DNA from: Vitrella brassicaformis CCMP3155
Taxonomy: Eukaryota > Protista > Chromerida
Direction: 5' to 3'
Assembly (NCBI GenBank): GCA_001179505.1
Contig: CDMY01000677.1
Coordinates: 124,001-188,000 of the forward strand
DNA length: 64,000 nt
The notes beneath the pieces are model-generated. The model saw only the letters and a list, made by a program, of their open reading frames with translations. It was not told the DNA's origin and made no database searches. The first letter of the stretch is position 1. Each line of letters opens with the position of its first letter. Made by a program: the position numbers and the translations under genes. This document shows positions 47,101 through 60,100 of the stretch, one piece after another.

Positions 47101-50100
47101 GATCAATGTGTCCACGCCCTTCCGTCTCGATCTGATTTGCAGTCGAGTGCATCGCTGTTCCGTCAGCTGAACGCCACGAGAGGCCGTGCTCTCTTCAATG
47201 AGTTAGTCGACATGGGCTTTTTCGCCACCTCGAGCAATACTGACAAGCAAACAGCCTTAGATCCTGTGTTCCTCGACCTCGACCTCTTCAGCATCGAGCA
47301 GGACATCGTCAACACAGAGCTCTTCACGTATGTGCCACGAGACACAGCCACATGCCATGCCAGTGGGCATCCATCCATGGTCTGTCGTGTCTCTCTCTCT
47401 CTTATCACAGCGCTAATATCTCTCTGATAATGAGCCTTGGTCTATTCCGTCTGAGCAACGAGACCGGCACAACTCCCTGGCTGCCCATGCCACTGCCTCT
47501 CATCTTGACCGCCGACGACCTTGCCAGACTCTCAACCGCACATGAGGGCATCGAGGCCGACATACAATATTCGCTCGATCGGAACCAGACCATCGTCGAG
47601 CCGGAGGAAGAGAAGTGAGACACCAACACTTAGACAAACGAGTCACTCATTGAACACTGAGACAAAGGAGTCACTCATTGATCACATTGCCTCGTCGCTT
47701 TGCTCGTCTTCAGGCCCACAGCCGACAGCACAGCCGTGGCCGAGCAGAAGAAGCGAGTGGCCAGAAAAAGGGCCAAGACGAAGAAACCTGACAGCTGGAG
47801 TGCCACAGCGATGCAGCAGCGGAGCATCCCCCGCCTGTTGGTTGTCTACCACAACGAAAGCGCAGCAGAGGAGGGCCGCAGACGGCTTGCAAGGAAGAAC
47901 AAGGGCAAGAGAGACAAACTCAAGAGACGTGAGGAAAGGATACCTGCCAACCTGCCATTCACACATTGACCTGCCTGCCCTCTCTCCTTCGTGTCTGCAG
48001 TGATCCGACGGCACAGGAAGCTGAAGCGGACTCATGTCGACATCATCGATCTGACCGTCCCCAGTGCGACCGTCAAGAAGGAGCCCCCACCAGGCGCGTC
48101 CAGAGTCCAGAAGACAGAAGAGGACGCCCCAGTCGACATCGATATGGAGGCCATGCAGGACATCCAGAGCGCCATGGACGAGATATGTCGCGGCAAGAGG
48201 GTCGCGGTCTGTGAGGAGGACCAGGTCGTGACGGTCATGGGCACGTTGCCCAACGACCCTCAATTGGGCGAGCAGTGGGGGCTGGCCTCGAGTGGGGTCT
48301 TCGAGGGTTGGAAGATCACAACAGGCACATCGGATAGGCTACCGAAAGGTACAATCAGCAACGATTTATGAAGGTGTGCGTGCTGTAATGCGACCTTTCT
48401 GTCAGGTGCTGTGGTGGCTGTGCTTGACACTGGGATCGACTACAATCATCCCGACCTCAAGGACAATGTGTGGATCAACGAAAAGGAGCTCAACGGCAAA
48501 CCGGGAAAGGATAATGACGGTGAGAAAAGACACAGCTTCGTCCGTCTGCACAGGCAATGAGCCTGTTGGCTTTTGTCTCCTCCAGACAACGGCTATGTGG
48601 ATGACATCTACGGCTATGACTTCCGCAACGACGACGGCGACCCCATGGACGACGCAGGACATGGCACACACGGTGGGCAAGACATGAGACATGACATTTC
48701 ACTGCTTGCACTCTCTGATCCGGCCCCACTTTGTGCAGTGAGTGGTATCATCGGTGCGAGGGGGAACAACAACAGGGGCGTCACGGGCGTCGCGTGGAAG
48801 GCACAAATCATGGCATTGAAGTTCTTGGCAGCCGACGGAAGCGGTGAGAAAATTTACATGGACAATCAACATGTTGGTTCTCTTATTCATCGATTGCTCA
48901 TTTTCATTCAGGTCTTTTGTCCGATGCGATCGAGGCGCTTGAGTATGCGGTGAACAACGGCGCCCAAGTGACGAGCAACTCATGGGGAGGCGTCCGCTTC
49001 TCCTCAGCTCTCTACTCGGCCGTCGTGGCCAACATGAAGGAGAACCTCCTCTTCCTCTGTGCAGCAGGAAATGTCGGTGTGGACAGCGATATTGTTCCTG
49101 ACTTCCCTGCAACCTTTGGATTGCCGTCCATGCTGGCCATCACAACACACAACGAAGAGGGCAGGCTGCCTCGTTGGGCATCGTACGGCAATGACACGAT
49201 CCACCTTGCCGCTCCCGGTACCAACGTCCTGTCGACCGTTCCGAGCTTCTTCAATGACTCGTGAGAAGGAAAAGACACAGCCTGTGGTGGACATGTGAGT
49301 CTTTGTGTGCATCTGCTTGCCTCTGGCTCAGGTACATTGCCGCCAATGGGTCGTCGATGGCCGTCCCCCATGTCGCTGGCGCAGTCGCCCTCATGCTCGC
49401 CGCCAACCCTGATCTCAGCTGGGCCCAGCAGCGGCAAGCGCTGCTCGAAGGGGGCACCGAGATGCACGAGGACGACGCACAGCTGACCATCACGGGCAGG
49501 CGGCTCAACGTGAGCAGGTCGCTGCAGCTGGCTCAGGGGATGAAGGTCCTGACGTATCCAGCCACATTGAGTGTGCCGGCGAACCAGACGGTCAACCTTA
49601 CTATTGGCATCAACACATCATCCGCAGGGCAATACGGGTACGTACGGACGAGCCGCGCAAACGCAGATGGAAGAACAACAATGCCTTCCTGTCTCTTTCA
49701 GGGCCACCGTGTCTATAGCGAGCAACAGCAGCATCCTCTCCCTCTCCCCCTCTCTTCGCGTCACAGCTCTCAGCAGCCCATCTATCGACCCGCCATTGCC
49801 GCAGACATTCCATCTTGGCACCAGTGCCCTCCACGTCCCCGGAAACACCATCCATCTGCCGCTCACCAACAACGGCTCAGGCGTGCTTGCTGTGGAGGTG
49901 GTGTCGATTGAGGGCGAAGGCGCGAAGGATTTTGAGGTGCTGCCACCCGCTGGGATGGTCATGACAGTGACGGCCGGACATACCTCGCATAATCTCAAGG
50001 TGATTTCGCCTTTCCAGCGAGTCGTGAATGAAACCTGAATTACCCTTGTCTCTTGGCTTTTGCAGATGCGCTGCATTCCCACGCAGAGCGGCACGCAATC

Positions 50101-51707
50101 CGCCACACTGCATCTGCTCACCAACGAGGCGTCAACTATCGGCTCTGATCTCAAGACCGCGAGAAACGTCACCCTCACATGTGAAGGTGCTACTTACGGC
50201 GTGTCGCCACCCATCATTCGCCACCGACTCCTTCCTAACGCCGCAAACACACACAAAATCAGAGTGAGTGAAAGAACCAGGTCATTCCGTCTTTTCTGAG
50301 ACACATTAGTCTGTCCGTGGGTGGCTGCAGATCATGAACGGGGACCAGGACAGCCCCCTCCAGTATCATGGACAGCTCATCATGGACGACGATACGTCCC
50401 TGATCGCAGACTATACCGTCACACACGGCGACTTTTTCTGGTTCCCATCGGTCGAGAGGGACGACACCAACCTGACATTTGACGGCGCAAGGGAAGCCGT
50501 CGTGGCCCTGCCATTCGCCTTCCCCTTCTACGGCAACACATATGAGACCATCAGGGTCTCTCGCGACGGAGCCATCATGCTCGGCACTGACGGAGTGATC
50601 GCTGGCTATGCCTCCCGTAAGCTGGGCCATAAGAACGACAAGAAGAGTGCCGTGTACGTCCACAAGTCCCCGCACGACGTGACGATCGAGTTCAGCCACT
50701 TTCGTTTCGCCAGAAAGGGCCGTATCACGTTCCGTATCGTCATTGAGGAAAGTGGCACGATCCACCTGCTGTTTGACGACATCCGCAACATCAGCGAGGT
50801 GGCCTTCGATTCAAGCAGCGACAAGCGCGTCAAGATGGGCATCAAGGGCGGCACCACACGCAAATACCTGACAGTGGCCGAGCAGTATCCAACGAAGCAT
50901 TCGGCGGTGCACTTCAAGCCGAGACGAAACAGCTGGATCAGCGTCCAGGGCACGCCATTTGGGTCGATTCCTCCCAGCAGCCAGACGGAGGTCGAAATCC
51001 ACGTGACTCATGTGGCGAGACAGTTCGATCCATCCGAAGGTCCGCGAGACACACCTTCAGGAGCGAATGCGCAGACTGTCGTGTATGTCTTCTCAGTGTG
51101 CCCGAGGAATGCCTCCGTGCAGTGCGACATGGGCGGCAGCGGAGCCTTCTACGTTAAGACCAACGACTCGTCCACCAGAGTGCCGGTCGAGTTCAGTCCA
51201 TTGCTGCCGCTCCCTGACCGCAAACATGACTGCGACGGCCCCAGCCCGCCCGAAGGTGACGAGAATGACAATGGAGGCGAAGCGAGCAAGGAGGGCACGA
51301 TCATTCGTGCGTCGCCGCTGCTGCAATTCGACAGGCAAGAGGGGCGGCTTCTCTGATATCTATGCAGTGTTGAATTTGTGGTATGCGTCTTTGACCCGCA
51401 GGTATCCCGGTCGAGCGCTCTCGGGACATAATGACTTCCCCGTATTGCGGGCCCGAATGCTGTCAAGTGTGCTCGCACCTTTCTTGAACACCCCACGTGC
51501 AAGTCGTTTGATTACGAGCTGCTGACGACCAAGTGCAAGATGTCCAAGACAACGAAAGACCGCCATCCAGATGCCTTCATCAAACAGAAGCACGGGCAAG
51601 CACGGGCATGCCCACGAATATGCTTCTGGACTGGAAGATACACATTTGTGTTGTTCCTGCTCAGGTTTGTGGACTACTATCAACGGATTCCAGATGTCCG
51701 TCGATGA
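44109..51707 (+). CDS. Large secreted subtilase (peptidase S8) gene: signal peptide, Trp/Gly-rich repeat region, I9-like prodomain, S8 catalytic domain, Ig-like domains, C-terminal PAN/apple domain; carries apparent frameshift and nonsense lesions
   Basis: Catalytic triad: VAVLDTGID (Asp 48426), DDAGHGTHVSGIIGA (His 48660), NGSSMAVPHVAG (Ser 49354). Also SNSWGG, AAGN, PNDPQLGEQWGL. PAN: FDRYPGRALSGHND...CKSFDY...C...VDYYQR. More than 25 exons joinable in phase except at about 44810, 46802 and 51440. Confidence 0.85.
44737..46011 (+). repeat. Coding tandem repeat: 16 units of W-G-[W/H]-x-G-[I/V/T]-[G/A]-R-W spread over 10 exons
   Basis: Phase-compatible exons 44912-44950, 45029-45153, 45215-45240, 45324-45349, 45417-45443, 45501-45546, 45617-45663, 45736-45816, 45876-46214. 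Units differ mainly at synonymous positions. Confidence 0.9.
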
Positions 51708-52094
51708 ACGCGCTCACACCCAGCCCCTCCCGCGATTCGTGGCCCCGTCACTGTACGTGTTTATAGTCCTTCGCCTGATGTCCCGCGCTTTCGTGTCGGC
51801 CTTGCTCTGAATGTGAGTAGAGCAATGCTCTTCGTGGCTCATGCGCGTGCCTTGTGAGTATTTATAAGATGAGTTCCGTGGTCACTTTCTCCGGCGGCTG
51901 AGTGGTGCCAAGTCACTTTTTGTGAATGTGTGTAGAGGGAGGGAGGGACGACAAAATGCCAACATGTGCACCCACCTGCCTGTGTCCCTGCTGTATTAGT
52001 TCACGGCTCGAGTTGACTTTGCATGGTTAACCGGCAGCGCATGCGGGGAAGGCACAAATAATAATACGTCGAAACAAAAGTACATCGGAAAGTG

Positions 52095-55000
52095 ATGCAC
52101 AGGAGGATTTGGAGATGGGCGTCCTGCACCATCCTGTTGGCCCTCCAAGTGACAGCCCAACACGACGCGCAGAGGACGTCGACTCGGGGAGCCCTGCCCG
52201 CCCCAGACACGGACACCAACCCGCCGCCGCTGGCTCCCTTCGGCTATGTCTACCCCCGCCCCTATTCAGACACCATCTCACCCCTCGCCAGCATCATCAT
52301 TCGGCCACCTGCAGCCGAAATCCGGGGCGCCCAGAAGATCATCAACGCCATCAAGAGGGCTGGCAAACACGTGGCAAGGAAGATACGAGTAGAGGGGTCG
52401 GAGAGCGGCAGGCACAAGGGAGTGGCGCACGTGTCGAATGACGCGATGACGGTCGTGTTCAAGCCGCATCGGCCCTTCGCGCTGGGGGAGAACGTCACGG
52501 TGACCATCGAGCCAGGCATGACCTACACTAAGATGGCCATCCCTCACCAGCCCGACACAGCAGAGGACACAGCTGATGACGAGGAGCCGTCGCCGACCGA
52601 TGTGGAATTGCTGGCTCACGCAACCGAGTTGGGCGAGCAGTCGCTGACACTGGGGGGCTATCAGTGGGCATTCACCATTGCAGACGGCGTGCACTTCGAC
52701 TCGCAGCAACGCGTCTTCCGCCTCGCGAGGCCACCGATGGCCGGCAAGGAGCTCAGCAACGGCGAGCACGATGGCAGCAATTGGAACGACACGCGCATCA
52801 TCCAGGCAGCCACCGATCCGGTGTTCGGCGCCCTTTTCGACGATGACGAGACCTTCGCAGAGATGCTCAAGACCTTCAACAACAATGAGACCGACAACCC
52901 TCTTATCGACGACACTGTACTCGATGACGATGAAGATGAAGACGAAGACAAAGATGAGGTCATCGACGAAGACAAAGACGAGGATATCGTCGACGATATC
53001 GCAGCAGACGACGATCCTCACCTGCACGACTGGGAGAAGGACCTCAGCGAGCCGACTGAGAGCGACACCGACGACTGGCATGTGCTCCACCCCAGCCTAG
53101 CTGACGAGTATGAAACACTCGGCAAGAAGGGAGAGATGCGAAAGAAGCGGGGACCGACGGTTTCGTACGCGACTTTGGAGGAGGACTTCCCCCACATCAA
53201 TGTGAAGAAGGGCAGCGGCAAGACGGCCGACGGGCTGATCTTCACCGAGTACCTGAGGCACCCTGCGGAGAGCGTGCACAACTACATCCTGATTGTGACC
53301 GATGGGGGAGACGTCGTGTGGTGGGTGGGCGGGCGGGGCACGCACACTTGACCACACACGATTTCGCATGTGTGTGTGGTGTGTGTGTGTGTGTGTGTGT
53401 GAGGTATGAGAGATGCGATTCGAGCAACCGGTTCTGGAATGGCTGGACGGTGAGAGACTTCAAAATGCACGGTGGGTGAGAGGCGAGAGCCCCATATGCT
53501 CTTTCTGCTCTGCCTGTGTGCATTCCGTTTGTGTGTCATCAGAGAACGGGGAGCTCACATACCACGACCGGTGGCTCAACGGTTGGATCCACCTCAACAG
53601 CAAATATCAGAAGATCGGCAACGGCATCATCCGCCCAAAGATGGGGTACTCGAGCGACGGCCACTGCATCACCATACGGAAAGACGGCCATCGGCTGATG
53701 CTGCTCAACGACTTCCGCGTCAAGGACATGGAACCCCAGTATGGCGGCTGGCGGAAGGCGCAGGTGCACGGCTTCGCGGTCCAGGAGCAGGACGTGAACG
53801 GGCACGTGACTTTCCAGTGGTCGTCGTGGGATCACATGCCCAAGCAGTTCAGCGAGTCCGTGAGGAACATCAAGGACGCGCTGGTCGACCACCTGCACCC
53901 CAACTCTGGTGAGAGTCAGACCCACAAACACAGCCCATACAGATGCATCGCATCCATGTCTGTGTGTGTGCCCGGGTGACTGCGTGTGTGCAGTGACGTA
54001 CACGCCTGGTGGTGATATATTGGTGTCGATGAGGCACATGAACCAGATCATCGAGATCAGCAGACACGACGGGCACATCAATTGGCGCTTCGGCGGTGAG
54101 CCAGAGACAGACACAGACACAGACACATCAACGCTTCCACCTTGACACTCCATGTGCGTCCCCAGGCAACGGCGGCGACTTCAAGATCGCCCCGCAGCAT
54201 CGCTTCTCGCACCAGCACGACGCCGTGCTGCGGAAGGGCGGCAAGCTGTCGTTCTTCGACAACGGCACCCTGCTGCACAGAGACCCCCTCTACTCCGCTG
54301 GCCGGCAATTCCGCATCGACCCAAAAGCCAAGTCGGCCAAACAGACGTGGGCCGTCAAGGGGCCGTTCGGCAACGCTATGGGCGGCATGCAGGCACGCGC
54401 ACACATGCTTAGAGAGACAGGGGCCCATCTGCAGTGCAGATGGGTCGCTGTGTCTGTGTCTGTGTCTGTGCGTGGTTGTCCAGAACCTGCCCGGCGGCCG
54501 GAAGGCCATAACATGGGCAGGGGTGGAGTCGGAGAACTCCAACCCGCTGTACACGGAGTTCTCCCACGAGAAGGAGAAGCTGGTCGAGCTCACCTTCGCC
54601 AACGACGGCAACCTGGTCTTCAAATCCAAGAAATTCGACGGCTGGAAAGGAACAGGCGTCCGCCGCCCCAAGCTGATCGTCAGGAAAGAAGGTGGGCCGG
54701 GCCGGGATCCACACACACAGCCATCCACACACACACACACAGCCATCCACACGTATGACGGATGCCTGATGTGGTATTGGTGCTGGTGCAGACCACCACT
54801 GGGTGATGCACTATTCCTGGAACGGCGCGACCAACATCCACAAGTGGGAGGTGTATGCCGGCAAGGCCGGCCCCAAGCACCTCGTCCACACCCACAAGCA
54901 CCAGCGGTTCGAATCCTTCCTGATCATCCCCAAGAATGCCGCCTGGCGGCCCAAGAAACGCAAGTGCGTCAAGCTCAAGGTGGTGCCCATCGACAAGGAC

Positions 55001-55198
55001 GGCAACGCCCTGACGGCCAGCGACACGGTGGAGAAGGGCCCCTGCGGTGACAATGACAAGAAAGAGCAGCAGCAGGACGAGCCCTCTTTTGAGAGCAAAG
55101 GTGGCGGGGACGACGACGAGAGGAAAAAGAGGCGGAAACGGGAGAAAAGAAAGAAAAAGAAACGGCGGGAAAAGAAGACACGATCGGATGATGGGTGA
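52095..55198 (+). CDS. Secreted arylsulfotransferase (ASST family) with an N-terminal Ig-like domain and acidic linker
   Basis: Signal peptide RWASCTILLALQVTAQ; Ig-like TVVFKPHRPFALGENVTVTIEPG; ASST motifs DGHC, FQWSSWDH, DHLHPNSV, ILVSMRHMNQIIEI, INWRFGG, FSHQHDA, LSFFDNG, GGMQNLPGG, YSWNGAT. Confidence 0.85.
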
Positions 55199-55862
55199 TG
55201 TGGTGTGCCGCTCTCTCGGTGGCCGGCGTATACATGTCCCTACTCTACTGGGGGGATGGGAGGGGAGGGTGGGGTACATTCCCTCTGCACGTAGTGTTAG
55301 TGTGTTTGGCCGATGCAGTCAGCGAGCTGGGTGAGAAGAGGTGCACCTGGTCTGTCTGTCTGCGTGAATACGCTGCGTGTCTGTACTTAACATAGTAGCA
55401 CCAGATCGCTGCCTGCACGTATTTATTTGTGTATTTGGCACCTGCGTATTTGTATTTCTGCTGGTTGGTTTTTGGCAATGAAGATGTCTGCCTGTCTCTC
55501 TCGTCACTGCGATACGATTCATGCATACGATTCATGCTATGGAGTGTGTGCGTATTCATGTGTGTGCGTGTGCACACGCGTGTGCGTGGGTCGTTGGTTG
55601 CTGTGTGCACACTTGTATGCCTGAGACAGTGGTTGATGAGACCCATGAGTGACTGACTCTTGTGCACACGTAGAGTAGTCACCGTGTCCATCCAATCCGC
55701 CAAACGAGCCGCTTTCCCCTTCCACACAAGCCAGCACATCCATAGCATGAATCAGACTACGTATCGACATACTGCACTGTACTGCACAGCACAGGCCGAT
55801 CTTCACACGCTAGCTAGGAAAAACCTGCCTGCCGCACACACGGCGGCTCTCTATCTCGCTGT

Positions 55863-56950
55863 CTAGCTGTCTAGATCGCCCTGCAGTCCGCAGAAACCAG
55901 CGCCATCGACTGTGATGACCTGCCCCGACACCCAGCTCATGTCGCTGCTCGCTATCGCCACACACAGAGAGGCTACCTCTCGCGCCTCGCCGATCCTCTT
56001 GAAGGGGGAGAGGCCCTCAAACTTCGGCACCATGTGTGGAGGCACCATACCTTCATTCACACACAGACACACACATCGACCATAAAGTAAGTGTGCTGTG
56101 CAGGGACTGGCTGACCAGGGACAACTGGCCCAGGAGCGACAGCATTGACTCGAATGCCCTTCTCGCCGGCCTCCTTGGCGGCACACTTGGTGAGCATCTC
56201 CACTGCCGCTTTGCTGGTGCAGTAGACCACCCGGCTGGCCCACGGGAAGGTGCCGAGTACGCTGCCGTTGTTGATGATGACGCCCCCCTGGCCCATGCGC
56301 TTGATGGCCTCCTGCAGCGAGAAGAACGTCGCCTTGACGTTCAGGTCCATGATGCTAAGAGAGTGCATAAAGAGGGAAAGGTGGCATCCAGAAGTCACCC
56401 GAGAGCGTCAGGCGAGGGCATCCTGCCATTAGCTACGATTACCTGTCATATAGTTCTTCTGGTGTGTTCTGTATCAGCGATTCACCACGTGCGCCGGCGT
56501 TGTTGAACACCACATCGACCCGCCCGAAGCGGGAGTACACCTGCAGAACACAAACCAGAGAGGACCGATGGCCGCGCCCGCGACCTTGACGAATGAGAGC
56601 GCACCTCATCATAGAGTCGGCGTATCTCACTGACGCGTGAGAGGTCGGCTTGGAAGAGAGCCCCGCTGCCGCCGGCCGACTCGACAGCCTGCAGCGTCGC
56701 CTTGGCCTTGGCCTCACTACCTGCAGCCAAACACACACATTCATCAGCCGAAGTTCAATGTGATGAGTAATTCTGCGTCAGCGTGGTACAGTACACGAGT
56801 AGTGGACGGCGATGGTGTTGCCTTTCTCGGCGAATGCGACGGCCGCTGCGTTGCCTATCCCGCCCGATGCGCCAGTCACCTGAGAGGAGAGGTACACAAA
56901 AACACGCACACGCACGCAGCGCCAATGGTGATCTATTCCTTTCATTCATT
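55863..56950 (-). CDS. Classical short-chain dehydrogenase/reductase (FabG-like)
   Basis: VTGASGGIG, FQADLS, DVVFNNAG, IINNGS, YCTSKAA (YxxxK), IRVNAVAPG, SGQVITVDG. First exon uncertain. Confidence 0.93.
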
Positions 56951-57179
56951 TTGGCGTACCAGGACAACGCGAGGCGAAGATGTGCTCACAGACATCAAGC
57001 GAATGCGTGAGGGAAGAAATTGGAACCGTGCTGGCGAGAATTCGCGACGCTCGAGAGTCGAGACGGCGTTTGGAGTTTTTTTTTTCGAATTCGAGTTTGG
57101 GCGTGTCATTGTGCCTCTGTATCCTCTCCTTTTGCCTCTTCCCTCCATTCAGCAGTCAACTTGGCCTCTTCTCCGGCCA

Positions 57180-60100
57180 TATTCATCCAGAGATTCAAGG
57201 GAAGAGTCCGTTGACGCAGGAAGAGCGGCACGTCGTCGGCAAATCGGCAGGCAATGAGCTGTCGACCAACGGTACGACAGCTATGGATACATGGACGCAC
57301 GGACGTGTGGGTGTGTGGGTGCGGATGTAGGGGAAGCTGGACAAGGCGGAGGAGAAGGCGGTGTTCGATAGTGTAGCGGCTCAGCTCAAAGACAGCATCA
57401 CGCACCACGCCAACAAGTTGAGCTACACGGGCGACGAGCTGACCAAGGTAGTGGACGAAACGGTGGCCAAGGTTTCGGTTCAGGTATGTATCCATCTGCA
57501 GGGAGGGCGTGTAGGTCTTGTGCTGAACGTATGTGTGTTGCGTCGCTTTCAGGTAGTGGACAAGTTCAGTGCGATGCTGACATGCGACGACACATCCGCC
57601 ACGATCAAGCGCAAGCCGCTGCAGAAGAAACCCTCGGAATATGCCAAGTTCGACTTTCACAACATCATGATCCACATCTGCGTGGCGCATCTGGGGGAGA
57701 CCGAGGCCCACACGGGGGGCTGGGCGGGGGACGAGGCGGCTGCTGGTGCTGAGGGCGGGGCGGCTGATGAGGCCAACCTGCCCGCCGCCGCCGCCGCCGC
57801 AGCAGCAGCAGCAGTTGCAGTAGGCGCATATGAGCGGATGGATGTGTGATAGGGGTGGGGGGAGGGGGGAGGGAGATGTGTCCAGATGGGCTGAATGGCT
57901 GGCTGGCGTGCGTGGTGTGAGCCGCTCAGTCAGCCGGGCCACAGCGGCGTCCGGGTCGGCCCAAGAAGGATAAGAATAAAGCGGGTGGTGCGCAGGCGGA
58001 CGGTAGTGCGCAAGGGGCAGGTGGCGATGGTCAGGGGGGCGGCAGCTCAGAGAAGCGGAGGCAGCTGGCGGCAGAGCAGAAGGACAAGTACGTCAGTGAC
58101 GCTGGGCGGTTTCTGCAGGATCTGCTGGATGGTGTGAAGTCGTCAAGGGTGTTCGAGCAGTTCAAGGGTGTTCGAGCAGTTCGCTAAGGTGGCGACACCC
58201 GCATTCTTCGAGACGGTCCAGCCCGTCTTTGTAGACAACCCTACCTCCGAGGTGAGGGCGACACACACATGCAGATACCCATGCCGTTCTTTTCTCGCAT
58301 CATGTTTGTTTCATGTGCTGCTGTTGGACAGGCGGAGGTTCGTTGGCGGCATGTAGGTGCGGATGAGTCGGACCCGTTTGGCGGCATCAACTTCAGCCTC
58401 TTCAAATACGGTACGCGGCACGTATGTGGTGGTGCCCTACGCATCACGCGGCATTGTGTATGTGCGCGTGTGTGCAGAGGGGGACATAGCGTTTCGGTGG
58501 AAGAACGCCGAGGGTCATCGACGTTCCTGAAGAGCGAGGAGAGTCGTCTCCGCCTTGACGGTGCAGCAGCCTCCGCTGCTGCTGCACCCCAGCCAGTCGC
58601 CCAGCTCCACCCTGCCATTCCTCCCCCCCTCTGCGCCCATCCCCCTGCCCCGCCGCGAGTGCGATTCGATGCGTTGATGTACAAGAAATACAACATCAGA
58701 AGGGATCAACTTGACAAACTCCACAACGACATGGAACGGAAGGCAAGGAGCTTGGATACGATGCACCCAGCTCACACACACCTTCTGCTGCTACACTTGT
58801 TTTTCGCCCTGCAGGTTACGAGCTGTGAGACTTGACATACGACTGGGTGGACGGCGTGCCCGACACGCTCTTCGACGGCGCCAAACTCTCATTCGGTAAA
58901 ACATGACCCAAAACACTTCCACACGGCCTGCTGTTCATTGTGTGTCTGCTGTCCTTGCGAATGGTTGATTGCCAGACTGCAATGGCTTCCTGCCCGTCAA
59001 GTGCAATGGCTCATTCCTGCCCGTCAAGACCACCGGCCAATGTGCTCGCGCAGACGCCCCCGACCGCAGCAACGCCTCCCCCCCATCAGGCCGCAATGAT
59101 GAATGGATGGATGGATGAGTGACTGAGCCATGCCCACGGGCTCCTGTTCATTCTGTCTGCTATCACGAGGTGGCAAGACACAGACATACACACACACATA
59201 CAGGCTCACACACAAGCGCACACAACTACAGCCACGACCACCTGTTTCCCCTGCATGTCAATGTCCAGGTACCCGTTTCTGACCGCACCCGATTCCTCGA
59301 GATGATGTATAATGTCTTCGACATCTCCACCGCCACCATCGAAGCCACGGAACAGAAACTGCTCGCCATCGCAACCCACATAGGTGCGACACCTGCACCA
59401 AAAATCGCACCGCCAGCCGACTGTTAGCTCTCTCCCTACCCCCACAGGCAAGCCGTTCAAGTCCCTGGCGTATGTATGGCCCCATAGCCCTGCCATAGGA
59501 CAAAGCGACATCATGAACTGGGGTGAGGCACGTCAGCACACACTGCCTGAGAGAGGCAAACACGCACCCATTCTCCCTTTCCCTTCCTGCACTCAGTGAC
59601 CATTGCTGGTGAAGCGCAGAGGAAGAGTCCAAGGGCAAGATACTCGAGCACCCATTCCTGCCCGTCAAGTCCCCGACCGCAGCAACGACTCTCCCCCATC
59701 AGGCCTCAACGATGAATGAATGGATGGAAGAATGAGTGACTGTGGTCTGACTGTGGTCTGACCCCCCCATCAGGCCGCAATGATGAATGGATGGATGGAT
59801 GGATGGATGGACGGGTGGGGCACGTGCAGCTATCACAAGTTCCTGCAACACCTCCGCCAGGTCCACGTTGGCAAGAAGGAGGAGGACAAGAAGGAGGAGG
59901 AAGACGAGGAGGAGGACGGGGGCGAGCCCGCCGCGAAGAAGGCCATGACGGGAGGGAGGAGAAGGGGGAAGCCGAGGGCGGGGACAAATTGTTGCCTACA
60001 TTTTATATTTGTTGGCTTATTGACTGATGTAGGCGATGTACCGCTTTGGAGCCGAGGAGGGCCACACGCTTGTATGTATCACACACAGACAGAAAGCTTC

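Noticed and set aside
56885-56960. Apparent phase conflict in SDR exon 1 (PLAL + VTG needs one base fewer)
   Set aside because: An alternative ATG (MKGIDHHWRC|VTG) or a GC donor gives an in-frame product; not resolvable without cDNA, so not called a lesion.
46802-58828. In-frame TAG (46802) and TGA (58826) as pyrrolysine, selenocysteine or an alternative genetic code
   Set aside because: Intact genes in the window end normally at TGA/TAG. Both stops co-occur with frameshifts and are one substitution from TGG/CGA, so decay or error is simpler.
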